Shown in pieces: positions 1 through 12,275 of a stretch of DNA of 64,000 nt (position 1 is its first letter; every line of letters begins with the position of its first letter). Origin of the DNA: Heterodontus francisci. Lineage: Eukaryota. A program made the translations under genes and the position numbers. Location: positions 109,577,942 through 109,641,941 of the forward strand of contig NC_090380.1 of NCBI RefSeq assembly GCF_036365525.1, in the 5' to 3' direction. Below the pieces are notes generated by a model. The model had not been told where the DNA came from and did no database searches. It saw only the letters and a program-made list of their open reading frames with translations.

Positions 1-1141
1 GCCCCTGCTGTTTTCAGTGCTCCGAATCTTCCATAAGCCGCCTTTTTTTTCCTGATCCAATCCTCTATATCCCTTGACATCCAGGGTTCCCTGGACCTGA
101 TGGTCCTACCCTTCACCTTAATGTGTACATGTTGGCTCTGAACCCTCACTATTTCCATTTGGAATGACTCCCATTGGCCTGATGTAGACTTTCCTACAAG
201 TAGCTGCTTCCAGTCCACTTTGGCCAGATCCTGTTTTATCAAATTGAAATCGGCCTTCCCCCAATTCAGTATCTTTATTTCTGGCCCGTCTTTGTACTTT
301 TCCAAAACTACCTTAAATCTTACAGAGTTATGGTCACAATCCCCGAAATGCAGCCCCACTGATACTTCTACCATTTGTCCATCTTCATTCACTAGGATTA
401 GGTCCAGTACTGCCCCTTCTCTTGTCGAACTTTCTACGTACTGGCTCAAAAAGCTCTCCTGTATGCATTTTAAGAATTCGTCCCCCTTTAAGCCTTTTGC
501 ACTAAGACTATTCCAGTTGATATTGGGGAAGTTGAAATCCCTTATTATTATTATTATCCTATTATTGTTACACCTCTCTGAGATTTGCCTACATATCTGT
601 TCCTCTATCTCTCCCTGACTGTTTGGAGGCCTATAGTACACACCCAGCCAAGTGATTGCCCCCCTTTTGTTTTTAAGTTCTACCCATATGGCCTCATTTG
701 AGGAACCTTCTAAGATATCATCCCTCCTCACTGCAGTAATTGACTCCTTGATCAACAGTGCAATACCACCTCCTCTTTTGTCCCCTCCCCCATCATGCCT
801 GAAGATTCTATATCCTGGAATATTGAGTTGCCAGTCCTGCCCCTCCCTCAGCCATGTCTCTGTGATGGCAATAATATCATAATCCCATGTGCTAATCAAT
901 GCCCTCAATTCATCTGCCTTATTAGTAAGACTCCTTGCATTAAGGTATATGCAATCCAGCCTTGCATTTTTCACTTGTGCCTTAACAGGTCTATATTTGC
1001 TCTGCCTTCCAGACTGACTCAGTTTCTCTTCTATATTTGGCTGTGCCCCACCCCTACTGTACCTCCACTCTGTATCCCACCCCCCTGCCAAATTAGTTTA
1101 AACACCCCGCAACAGCACTAGCAAACCTCCCAGCAAGGATA

Positions 1142-1513
1142 TTAGTCCCGTTCCAGTTCAGGTGTAACCCGTCCAACTTGTACAGGTCCCACCTTTGCCA
1201 GAAACAGGAACCTAAAGCCCTCCCTCCTGCACCATCTCCTCAGCCACGCATTCATCTGCTCTATCCTCCTATTCCTATACTCGCTAGCACATGGCACAGG
1301 GAGTAATTCAGAGATTACAACATTTGAGGTCCTGCTTTTTAATCTGCTACCTAGCTCCCTAAATTCTTGTTGCAGGACCTCATCCCTCTTTCCACCTGTG
1401 TCGTTGGTACCAACGTGTATCACAACTTCTGACTGTTCACCCTCCCCCTTCAGAATGTCCTGCAGCCGCTCCATGACATCCTTGACCCTAGCATCAGGGA
1501 GGCAACATACCAT
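1142..1513 (-). pseudogene. CR1 ORF1 SGNH esterase domain fragment
   Basis: VVIHVGTND and MNAWLRRWCRREGFRFL motifs; same as the ORF1 remnant at 19612..19839. Confidence 0.85.
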
Positions 1514-1670
1514 CCTGGAGTCTCATTTGCGGCCACAGAAACGCCTATGTGCACCCCTTATGATCTAATCCCCTCTCACTATAGCTCTTCCACCCCTTTT
1601 CCTCCCCTGCTGTGCAGCAGAGCCTTCCATGGTGCCATGAACTTGGCTGTTGCTGCTTTCCCCTGGAAGG

Positions 1671-2030
1671 TCATCCCCCCCCAACAGTATCTAAAGTGGT
1701 ATATCTGTTTGAGAGGGGCATGGCCACAGGGGACTCCTGCACTACCTGCTTGCGCCTACTACTCCGCCTGGTGGTCACCCATCCCTTTTCTGCCTGTGCA
1801 GCCATTACCTGCAGTGTGACCACCTCACTAAACGTGCTATCCACGATGTTATCAGCATCGAGGATGCTCCACAGTGAATCCACCTGCAGCTCCAGCTCCG
1901 TAATGCGGGTAGCCAGTAGCTGCAGATGGATACACTTCCTGCACACATGGTCGTCAGGGACACTGGATGCGTCCCTGATTTCCCACATAGTGCAGGAGGA
2001 GCATATCACGGGGCTGAGCTCTCCTGCCAT
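1671..2030 (-). pseudogene. CR1 ORF1 N-terminal zinc-finger/leucine-zipper region
   Basis: MAGELSPVICSSCTMWE...HVCRKCIHLQLLATRITELELQVDSL; frame broken before the esterase part. Confidence 0.85.
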
Positions 2031-2462
2031 GACTTACCCTTAGATTAATTCGTTACTTCCTTAATTAAAAAATGCTAATTACACTAGGTGCCTTGTTCTA
2101 CCCACTTGAATCTAAAGTCCTTAATAAGTTACACTGAATTTTAAAAAAACACTTTAGTAGTACTCACCTTATCACTAGAGGTTTTTTCCAACAAAAAAAC
2201 TTTCCCTTTATTTTTTAAGCTATTTAAATGCACTAACAGCTGCTACTCACCCAACCAATCACCTTGCAGATTTCCCATGATGTCACTGTAAGTTTTTTTT
2301 CGAGTCTCAGTGTGCACCGAGAGAGAGAGCAGGTCCACCAGCCGCCGCTGCTCCTGTCTTCAGGTAAGTGAGGGCCTTGAACCCCACGCTCTCTTTTACA
2401 GCTCCCGCTCCGGATCAGCTTCTGCCCAGGTCCGCCAACCGCCGCCGCTCCTGTCTTCAGGA

Positions 2463-3011
2463 TTATGTGTTCAAGTTCCACTCCAGAGACTTGGGAACAA
2501 CTTCTGAGCTGACAGTCCAGTTCAGTACTAAAGGCATGCTACATTGTCAGAGGTGCCGATTTTTAGATGAGGTGTTAAACCAAAGCCTTGTCTACACACT
2601 TACGTGGACATAAAAGATCCCACACATTATTTTGAAGAAGAGCAGAGGAGTTATCCCCAGTGTCTTGGCCAAAATTTATCTCAAAACCAACTCCGAAAAA
2701 CAGATAAATAAAAGCAAAATACTGCAAATGCTGGAAATCTGCAATAAAGACAGAAAGTGCTGGGAATACTCAGCAGGTCTGGCAGCATCTGTGGACTGAG
2801 AAGCAGAGTTAATGTTTCAGACCTGAAAACAGATTATCTGCCCAATATCACACCGTTTTTGTGGGATCTTGCTGTGCACAAAATTGGTTGTCGCATTTCT
2901 CAAATAACAACAGTGACTCAATGTCAAAAAGGTACTTTACTGGCTGTAAATCATTTTGCGATATCCTGAAGTCATGAAAGGCTCTAAATAAATGCAAGTC
3001 TTTCTTTCTTT
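2463..3011 (+). mobile_element. Deu-domain tRNA-derived SINE (SacSINE1-like), head cut by CR1, with internal Penelope-type insert
   Basis: B-box GTTCAAGT, Deu core (agatgaggtgttaaac...aaagatccc...gaagaagagcag), tail aaatgcaagtctttctttc; matches the copy at 10740. Confidence 0.8.
2706..2825 (-). mobile_element. Penelope-like short repeat (pLTR fragment)
   Basis: Same sequence as 27098-27233 and 63738-63840; flanked by AAAACAGAT direct repeats at 2697-2705 and 2826-2834. Confidence 0.7.
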
Positions 3012-3659
3012 CCAATACTACTGGCTCAGGTAGAAAAGCTATTTGAAGAACAGTTCACCTCGTGTGCTAGCCCCTATTTCTCCCTCAAGCAGCATTACCA
3101 CCAAGACACATTAGGTGGTTACTCATCTCATTCTTGCTTTTGGGACCTCGCTGTAAATCAAATATTTGCCAATTTTGACTGTGTGACAAAAATCAGTACA
3201 TTATATTGCTTTGAGAAATTCCTGAGGCACAAAATAATTCAAGTCTCTTCCTTTTAAAAAGTAATGGAGAAATATAATGAGGCAATTGGAAGAGTTTTCA
3301 ATGAAAGTAACCAATTAACTTATAGAGCTACATGGTGCTGATTAGTTCTATCCAAGAGTGATGTCTTCATATCATTTGCTCATAATCAGCAATTGAGAAT
3401 TGCAGCTATCAATTGTTGTATGCCACAGCGTACTAAGTGAGATAAATAAATTAACTTGCAGTTAGAAGAAGGTCTAAGAGGAGAATAGAAGTTGCTTTGG
3501 AAAACATGCAAATGCTGAAGCTCCAGTCTATACGTTCTGATGCTGTGAAATATTTTTTCTTTTTGATTTGATGAGCCCAGTCGTCCAATCAATCCATAAC
3601 CGAGGCACCAACAAAACTCAGGAACGGAAAGAAAACAGGTTCCCATTGTCCATGAATTT

Positions 3660-3900
3660 CTAGGCCACCATTAGTAGCCAATCACCACAATCTGCTGAGG
3701 CACTTGCAAACAGTCACCATAACCGCAGCAAGCAACTGACCAATTAAAGGTAGCTGACCATTCTTAGAAGCCAACTATCTACAGCTAACCTATGTCTGTC
3801 TATCAGTGGCTAACTCCTAGAATCCAGTCAGTGACCACCAACACCCAGTGATCCCATAGATCACAGGAGCATACTTACACCAACAGCAGCTGACAATCAG
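3660..3900. repeat. Unclassified dispersed repeat, homologous to 35520-35730
   Basis: Collinear shared blocks ccaccatta-tarccaatcaccaca, tcttagaagc, cccagt, atcag. Confidence 0.55.
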
Positions 3901-3904
3901 TATG

Positions 3905-4385
3905 AAGAAGAAAGAACTTGCATTACTATACCACCTTTCACAACCTCAGGACGTCTCAAAGCACCTTACAGCAATTAAGTACTTTTGAAGTGTAGTCACT
4001 GTTGTAATGTCCGAAATCCGGCAGCTAATTTGCACACAGCAAGCTCCCACAAACAGCAGTGTGATAATGAGCAGATAATGATTTAGCCAAGTTGGTTAAG
4101 AAATTAATATTGGCCAGAACACTAGGGAAAACCCCCCTCCTCTTGTTTGAAAAGTGTCACAGAAACCTTTACATCCAGCTGGGGGGTGGGCGGGCGGGGG
4201 GTTGCAGACGGCACCTTGATTTTGATAGCTCACCTGAAAAGACAGCACCTCTGACAGTGCAAAACTTCCTCAGTACTGCACTTAAGTGACAGCTAAAATT
4301 TTGCACTCACCTCTCTGTAGTGGGGCTTGAACCCAGAACCTTCTGTTTGAGCAATGAGAGCATTGTCACTGAGCCACAGCTGATA
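3905..4385 (-). mobile_element. Deu-domain SINE, near full length
   Basis: Reverse complement of the 10740-11200 element, with A/B-box head at ~4320-4380. Confidence 0.8.
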
Positions 4386-4631
4386 CCTAGCAGGAGTTAG
4401 GAGATGTAGACTAACACATTCTGAAATTGCTGCTCTTTGGTCCCTTTTTGTTCTCTTTGGTGAGGAAGGGTCCAGCTTTTTTCTTCCCACAGCTGTGTGG
4501 TCAAGATTGAGAACTCAGCAAAGTGAAGCACAGCAGTCAACAACTCAATGCCCAGCAGGCCATGGTGTCAATCATTGATGTTTCAAAAGGTTGGGCTCCC
4601 TGCCAAGTTAAATCTCCAACTTGGAGATATG

Positions 4632-5585
4632 TGAACATAAGAACATAAGAAATAGGAGCGGGAGTAGATCATACTGCTTGTCGAGCCTGCTCCACAATTC
4701 AATGTGATCATAGCTGATCTTCGGCTTCAACTGCACTTTCCCGCCCATTCCCGATAGCCCTTATTCCCTGAGAGACCAAAAATCTGTCTATCTCAGCATT
4801 AAATATATTCAATGATAGCTCATCCACAATCATCTGGGGTAGAGAATTCCAAAGATTCACAACCCTCAGTGAAGAAATTTGTCCTCATCTCAGTCCTAAA
4901 TGATCAGCCCCTTATCCTGAGACTGTGCCCCCGTGTTCTAGGTTCCCCAGCTGAGGGAAACAATCTTTCAGTGTCTACACTGCCCCTTCATAATCTTGAA
5001 TGTTTCAATGCGATCACCTCTTATTCTTCTAAACTCCAGACAATATAGGCCCAATTTACTTAGCCTCTCATTCCAGGGATCAATCTAGGGAACCTTCAGT
5101 ATACTGCCTCCAATGCAAGTATATCCTTCCTTAAATATGGAGACCAAAATTGCTCACAGTATTCCAGGTATGGCCTCACTAAAGCCCCGTAGAATTGTGG
5201 CAAGTCTTCTTTATTTTTGTACTCCAATCCCCTTGCAATAAAGGCCAACATGCCATTTGATTTCCTAATTGCTTGATGTACCTGAATGCAAAATTTTTGT
5301 GTTCCTTGTGCAAGTGCACTCAAGTCTCTCTTCACATCAACATTTACAGATTTCACGCTTTTTAAAAAAGATTCTGTTTTTCTATTCTTATGACCAAAGT
5401 GAATAATCTCACACTTTCCTACATTCTACTCCATCTGCCACCTTGTTGCCCACTCATTCACCTGTCTATATGTCTTTGCAGCCGCTTTGTGTCCTCCTCA
5501 CAGCTTGCATTCCCACGTAGCTTTGTATTGTCAGCAAATTTAAATACATCACTCTCTGCCTCTTCATCTAAGTCAATAATATAGA
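4632..5585 (-). mobile_element. CR1 LINE 3' fragment
   Basis: ORF 5096..5356 (LVRPYLEYCEQFWSPY); (TAAGAACA)n tail at ~4632-4650. Confidence 0.88.
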
Positions 5586-6252
5586 TTAATATAGAAGCAA
5601 TTTTCTCCAACTTTCCCACTCTCTTTTAATATACTTATAAACAACATTTACTGTTAGCTTTGATATCCCTTGCAAATTCTTTTTCATATTCTCCTTTAGC
5701 ACCTCGTAATACCTCTTTTGCATTGCTCAGTCTGTGGGTTTCAATGTTTTCTTGCTTTTGTGTCAGTCTTTTAGCTTGATTAATCTTATCTCATTTATTG
5801 ACCATGGTTGCCTAACTATGCAGGAAAAGGTTTTGTCTCTAAAGCGTAGAAAGATTGGAGAAATATATGGGGAAGATATAAGATCCAGTTTGGACCACAA
5901 GGGATTCTTTTATTATATTTCTGGGTTACGCTGTCATATAATTGGATATTGGGCACATTCCTGAACAGAAGACACTTAAACCACTTATGGGAGTGACCAG
6001 CATCACTAAATCTAAGAGAAAATAGACTGATGTTACTATCCCTTTAGGGACCATTGACTTTTAGATGCAGAAAGTCAAATTCCTAGTTATTACTGAAAGA
6101 ATTATGCCACAAGATTTCACATATTAAACAAAAAACTTTACTGTACAAGAGTTAAACAAAGCAAAATATGACTAACTTAACACAACAGTTTGGGGAAACA
6201 CATACTTTAAACTTTAAATCTTAACAGAACTTGAAGATATATTCTAACTCTA

Positions 6253-7506
6253 AGGCTGGGATTTTATCCTGGCGAGTACTGTGTGCAGTTCTGGTCACCT
6301 CATTACAGAAAGGATGTAATTGCACTAGAGAGGGTACAGAGGAGATTTACAAGGATGTTGCCAGGACTGGAAAAATACAGCTTTGAGGAAAGATTGCATA
6401 AACTGGGGTTGTTCTCCTTGGAATAGAGCAGGCTGAGGGGAGATCTGATTAAAATGTACAAGATTTTGAGGGGCCAGGATAGAGTGGAGGTGAAGGACCT
6501 ATTTATCTTAGCAGTAAAGTCAGTGACTAGGAGGCATAGATTTAAAATGATTGGTAGAAAGATTAGAGGCGAGATGAGGAAAAAGTTTTTCATTCAGAGG
6601 GTGGTGGGGTTCTGGAACTCACTGCCTGAAAGAGTAGTTAAGGCAGAAACCCTCAATTCATTTAAAAAGAGTTTGGATATGCACCTCAAGTGCCGTAATC
6701 TGCAGGGCTACGGACCAAATGCCGGAAGGTGAGATTAGAATGGGTGGATCATTTTTCGGCTGGCACAGACAAGATGAGCCAAGTGGCTTCTGTCGATGCT
6801 GTAAATCTTCTATGACTCTATGATTCTATGACGGGGATGTCGACGTCAGTAAAAAGCGATGCCGAGAACCCTGCGTCACCTCTTCTGTGGGAGGCCCACT
6901 GAATCTAGTGCCAATTAGACACTTAAGTGGACAGCGGCATGCCTTCAATGGGATCAAGGACCCCAGAGACGGAAGTCCCGCCCTCTGAGAGCTGCCGGCC
7001 AATCAAAGGTCAGCAGCTCTTTAACTGAGCAGCGCCACCATGAAGGTGGTGGCTACTGCGGGGGAGCACCTACCCGAGGCCCAGGAGAGGCACTGGACCC
7101 AGGCCACAGGTAGGTCAGTGTGGGAGGAGTGTCACGGGGTGGGGGTCGGAGGGGAGGGAGCTCTAGGGATTCGGTAGCAAGGACCGTGTGGGGGTGGGAT
7201 GGCTCTCAGCAAGCCCACCCTTCTCGATGCTGGATCCCTCATTCAGGCACTAAGTGCCTTTTAATGAGGGACCCCCCACCCCAAATAGGAGCCAGCAAGC
7301 AGCCCGCACAGTTTTTCGTGCTGATCTTCCTGTGCGGCGACAGGTCCGCCCGCCGCACGGCTAATTGCAGCAGCAGCGGGATGAGGCCTTCCTGCCCTAA
7401 ATTTAACTTTGGCAGAGGCGGGAAGGTGACGGTTCCCTCTCACCACCATCCCATCGATTATATGCTCTTCCCGCCTCCAATCCTGCCACGAAGGAGAGCA
7501 TAAAAA
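6253..7506 (+). mobile_element. GC-rich non-autonomous DNA transposon (GGCTG..TTTA-type end), interrupted by CR1
   Basis: Core ggaagtcccgcc...gagctgccggccaatca...gcagctct shared with 43620-44322 and 59079-60940. Confidence 0.6.
6275..6831 (+). mobile_element. CR1 LINE 3' fragment
   Basis: [11 protein letters not shown]...; ORF 6454..6732 is the ORF2 C-terminus; tctatgactctatgattctatg tail. Confidence 0.88.
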
Positions 7507-8374
7507 GGACTCACGGAGAGATCTTTGAATTTTAAATCTAGGATGGTCTGCAATCTTTGAAATTCTTACAGCTACACATTTAATTTCCCCAAACTAAAAG
7601 TGACCTCTAAAATATTATTACAAACTATGAATTAGATTATCATAACACTGACCTGACATTTGTAGCCGATACATTAATTGTATTTCAATAGCATTTCAGA
7701 TTAAATCTATTTATGTCACAATTGTCCATAAAATCAGTTTCTCCCAATGTCCTGCTACAATTCCGGAAAGAAACTGGCCTAACCTTCAAGAAAATGGTTG
7801 AGACTCATGAACTCTATTTCGTCTTTAGCTCTATTTGAATGTTCAGAAGATTACAAGACACTTACGGATAAGGAAGGGTATTCAACTGGTCTTAATGCAT
7901 GAATTCAAACAATCCTTCACTCAGCTCCCCATTGGTGCACCTGATTGCTTTGCATTATTCCACAGTTTCGTCTCCACCACTTTTCTTGGAAGTCCATTCC
8001 AAACATGATCATTACCTGTGTGAAGAAAAACTTCCCAATTATCAGTCCTAAAGTTTCCTTTTGCTAAATGGTACGGAGAAGATTCATCCAAAATACAACT
8101 TTAAAGTAAATGCAAATAAATGGTCCCTTTCTGATTCATTCTCATTCATTTCTTTATAATTTATTTTCTCTCCTGTAAGAACTGACTCTACTGGGGTACT
8201 GTTCCGCTATGGCTATCAACTCTTCAGGATCTCACTCAAGGGACTATACTTTATGGGTCAACATATTCAGTGTTGGTAGCATATTCACCTATGTCATAGC
8301 CAATCCTGATCTTGGCTTCACTCAACATCCCAACAGGTGCATCAATTTTAGTAGTAGTAACTGGATAGAAAACA

Positions 8375-8762
8375 GAATAACAACAACTTGCATTTATATA
8401 GCATTTTAACTGTCGTAAAACATCCCAAGGTGCTTCACAGGAGTGGTATCAAATAAAACTTGAAACTAAGCCACATAAGGAGATATTAGGACAGATGACA
8501 AAAGCTTGGCTAATGAGGTAAGCTTTAAAGAGCATCCTAAAGGAGGAGAGAGAAGTGGAGAGGTTTAGGAAGGGAATTCCAGAATTTAGGGCCTGGATAG
8601 CTGAAGGCATGGCCACCAATGGTGGAATGATTAAAATCAGGAATGCACAAGAGGTCAAAATTAGAGGAGCGCAGATATCTCGGACGGTTGTAGGCTGGAG
8701 GAGATTACAGAGGGAATTGGGGGGCGGGGAATGGGGCAAGGTCATGGAGGGGTTTGAAAAGC
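8375..8762 (-). mobile_element. L2 LINE 3' fragment
   Basis: Homologous to 13736-14150; (TTG)n tail. Confidence 0.7.
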
Positions 8763-9504
8763 AGCTTAAGAATCAGCATCCTGGCTCATTTCCCCTCCCT
8801 AGTCCTGGAAACACAAACTGAGAACAATTGTAGCATCTACACTGCCACCATAGCTGAGGTCAGCTCACTCAACACAGTTTGAGAATCTAGGCCTGGGAGT
8901 TTACTGGTCTGTGTGCATACATCAGTCTCATCCTGGATCCGTTTTGTAAATGGAACTATGGAGGGAGCCTTGAATTAGTCATCCTTTGTTTGTGATGGCC
9001 AGTTATTGCGATTCTTAATGACAAGAGCAGAGTTAATGATTGTAATTATCGGACTCTATTAGCATTCTGCTTCTGCTGGTGGAAGTGAAGCTATTTAAAT
9101 GTCTAATGTCTAATGCTCTCACCTCCCTGATAGTGCACAAATTAATTTATCCTAAGGTTCTGATGTTAATAATCTTATTTAAATATTCCTAGCCTCTAAC
9201 TTCTTGTGTGCAATATAGGATTTCCATGAGATGTTTATTTACTCTGCATGTTGTTGTAAAATTGACACTGAACATTTGAGAGGAGATTATTAAAATCCAT
9301 TATTCAAGGCTGAGATTGACAGATTCTTGGATACAAAGGGAATCAAATGAAATGATGACCGTACCTGAAAGGCATTGGTTACATTTTGAATTGCTTCACA
9401 ATGAGAGAAAGAAAGAAAAAAATTGCATTTAAGTAGCACCTTTCATGAAATCAGGACATCCCAAAGTGCTTTACAGCCAATGAAGTGCAGTCACGGATGC
9501 AATG

Positions 9505-9920
9505 TAAGAAATTCTCTGGAGTTTAGAGGAATGAGAGGTGTTCTCACTGAAACATATAAAATTCTTAAGGGGCTTGACAGTGTAGATGCTGAGCAGTTGT
9601 TTCCACTGGCAGGAGAGTCTAGGGGTCATAGTCTCAGGATAAAGGGTCATCCATTTAGGATTGAAATGAGGAAATTTCTTTAGTCAGAGGGCTGTAAATC
9701 CTTGGAATTCTGTGCCCCAGAGGGCGGTAGATGCTCAGTTGTTGAGTATATTCAAGGCTGAGATTGAAAGATTTTTGGATACAAAGGGAATCAAATGAAA
9801 TGGGGTAGGGCGGGAAAGTGGAGTTGAGGTCAAGGATCAGCCATGATTGTATTGAATGGTGGAGGAGGCTCAAGGGGATGAATGGTCTACTCCTGCTCCA
9901 TTTCTCATGTTCTTAAGTTC
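9505..9920 (+). mobile_element. CR1 LINE 3' fragment
   Basis: SLEFRGMRGVLTETYKILKGLD...; tail ttctcatgttctta. Confidence 0.8.
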
Positions 9921-10150
9921 TGATGGAAGAGAGGGGGCTCCGTTTCCTATATGCTGCATGTAGCGGGATCATAAATGTATTCCCTACAAGTGGGTTTACT
10001 ATTTCCTTACAAAGAATGGTCAAATCAAATCTCTCGCTCGTGTTATAAAAATATTTCTCCCCTCTTGTGCCAAGGAGACAGCAGTTCCGCTGAGGCTTCT
10101 AGCAATGGTCTTTTGTTTGTTTATGTCTGTCATTAGTTCCTGTCATTTAC

Positions 10151-10184
10151 CAAATAAATCTGATGTTGGCTACGTGAGCGTTCT
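10151..10184 (-). CDS. Candidate 34-nt micro-exon (speculative)
   Basis: ttttgtacttgtttttatatactacAG|AGAACGCTCACGTAGCCAACATCAGATTTATTTG|GTaaat; open as (R)ERSRSQHQIYL if joined in phase 2 to the 18701 donor. Confidence 0.2.
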
Positions 10185-10739
10185 CTGTAGTATATAAAAA
10201 CAAGTACAAAATATTCATTGCCTAGTTATATATCAGCAGCTCGATATTTTCAACTTCAGGTCTTCAGCAACAAAGTAATAAACTATATCCTCAGACAACA
10301 TAGAATCCAGAGAGGGAAAGTGAATGACGCAAAAATAAAATAAAAAGTGGGAAGAGATAGAAGGAAGGAAAGAATTCAACAAAGGAAGACAGAGACAGTC
10401 GGAGGCCAATGGTGATTGTAACCTCTGGGTCCCATTTAAATGCCACTGGTCCAATTCTTGTCTGGAAATGGAAAAAGATGGCATAGTGTGGCTGGCAGGG
10501 GAAGATTGGATGGCCAAGGGCAGCCTGCTGGATTTCAGGACAGTGGTGGGATGGACATTTTTGGGAGTGTCTCGCTGGTGCGAATGGAATGGAATGGGGG
10601 AAGGGGGTGCTGTGAAGAAGACAATTCAGGGGAGACCACGACTTTCCTTCTGGGGTACAGAGAAACACTCCTGCTGGCTGCACAATGGAATGATTTTGAC
10701 ATTTTGACTTATATGGATGGCTTGTTTGTCCATCCCACC

Positions 10740-11202
10740 ACTGTGGCTCAGTAGGTAGCACCCTCACCTCTGAGTCAGAAGGTTGTGGATTCAAGTTCCA
10801 CTTCAGAGATTTGATAACAAAATCTAGGCTGATGTTCCAGTGCAGTACTGAGGGAGCACTGCACTGTTGGAGGTGCCATCTTTCAGATGAGGTGTTATAC
10901 TGAGGTTCCATCATTCCTCTAAGGTGGACATAAAAGATCCCATGGCATGATTTCACAGAAGAGCAGGGGTGTTCTCCCTGGAATCCTGGCCAATATTTAT
11001 TCCTCAATCTACATTACTAAGACACAGATTATCTGGTCATTATCACATTGTTGTTTATGGGACCTTGCTGTGCACAAATTGGCTGCCAGGTTCCTACATT
11101 ATAACAGTGACTACATTTCAAAAGTAGTTCATCGCTGAAAGTTCTTTGGGACATCCTGAAGTTGTGATAGGCGCTATAGAAATGTGCGTCTTTGTTTCTT
11201 TA
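10740..11202 (+). mobile_element. Deu-domain tRNA-derived SINE, full length
   Basis: A-box TGGCTCAGTAGG, B-box GGATTCAAGTTCC, Deu core, L2-like 3' tail ending tctttgtttcttt. Confidence 0.85.
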
Positions 11203-11574
11203 CTTTGAAGTACATTTAGCCTGTTAGGTAGGTGAACACAGTCGCCATTGGGGAAGCTTTCACGTTCAGTGTGGTCGTGAATTGTGCGGTTATACACCCA
11301 GCCCAATTTTCCTTTCCCATTACTCCCATTGCGCCATATCTCCACAGGTTATTCTTCCCATTCCATTCTCCAATTAAGTCTTTTGCTAAAGACCCAATTC
11401 TCTTCTTGAAGTGGCAGGAGGAAGTTAATGATGATAGTGATGCAAAGGAAATCCTTAAAAGCTACCTCTTCACCTGTGCCTTTGCTGTTCTGCCCTAAAT
11501 CTTCTGCTGCTACTGTCCTGTGTCCATTTTTATCTCTGGGACACTTTGGGGTGTTTTATTGCATTTAATTAGTT

Positions 11575-11835
11575 ATTTTTTATTCACCTTCGGGGTGTTG
11601 GAGTCATTTCAAGGCTGATATTTATTACCTGTCTGGTTGACCTGATTGAATGTCTTGCTCGGCCACTTTGAGGGCAGTTAAGAGTCAATTACTTTTGGTG
11701 TGGGACTGGAGCCGCAATAAGGTCAGGCCAGGTAAGGCCAGCAGGTTTCCTTCACTAAAGGGACATTAGCCAACAAGTTGGGCTTTCACAACAGCCCAAC
11801 AGCTTCATGACACCAGCGTTTTATTTCCAGATTTC
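11575..11835 (-). mobile_element. Non-autonomous head+tail derivative of the tRNA-headed CR1-group LINE
   Basis: Right part matches the LINE leader (48660-48840); left part matches the LINE 3' tail (41340-41400). Confidence 0.6.
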
Positions 11836-11864
11836 ACAGTCTTGTTTTAGTTATGCCCTTAGGT

Positions 11865-12275
11865 ACTGCCATTCATGACCGCAGAATGTCCCAAAGTGCT
11901 TTAAAGCCGATGGAGTAATTCTGAAAGTTGGTCTGTTGTAATGTAGGAAACACAGCAGCCAACTTGCACACAGCCAGGTACTGCAAATAACAATGAGATA
12001 ATGACCAGATAATCTGGGTTAATTTGTGCTATTCCATGAGTGATAAATATTGACCGAGACATCCGGGAGAATTCCCCTGCTGTTCTTCCAATAGTGCAAT
12101 GCGAATCTGAGAGGACAGATGGGGCTTCGGTTTAATACCTTATCCGGAGTACGGCACCTCCAGCACTGCAACGCTCCCTCGGTGCCACATTGCAGTATCA
12201 GCATAGATTGTGTGCTTAAGTCTCTGGAGTGAGACGTCAACCCACAAGCTTCTGACTCAGAGGCAAGAGTGGGTT
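11865..12275 (-). mobile_element. Deu-domain SINE
   Basis: Reverse-complement match to 10740-11200. Confidence 0.75.

Larger units (their letters stand above)
1..2462 (-). mobile_element. CR1 LINE, 5' portion (5'UTR, ORF1, start of ORF2); continues off the window start
   Basis: ORF1 pieces 1671..2030 (CSSC..CRKC zinc finger, heptad leucines) and 1142..1513 (VVIHVGTND, SGNH esterase). Endonuclease sequence below ~1120 resembles the + copy at 19839-20681. Confidence 0.92.
6031..7647. mobile_element. Solo LTR (Gypsy-type) carrying nested MITE and CR1 insertions
   Basis: Termini TGTTA...TAACA; 4-bp TSD CTGA at 6027-6030 and 7648-7651. Confidence 0.6.

Noticed and set aside
220-1121. Plus-strand ORFs of 76-132 aa
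   Set aside because: Antisense shadows of CR1 ORF2; the same peptides recur opposite other CR1 copies (19811..20230, 20309..20533).
10740-10812. tRNA-gene-like A/B boxes (also 28827, 48880-48960)
   Set aside because: Heads of retroelements; no convincing cloverleaf or terminator.
10291-11007. 238-aa minus-strand ORF
   Set aside because: Runs antisense through a DeuSINE; no domain signal.
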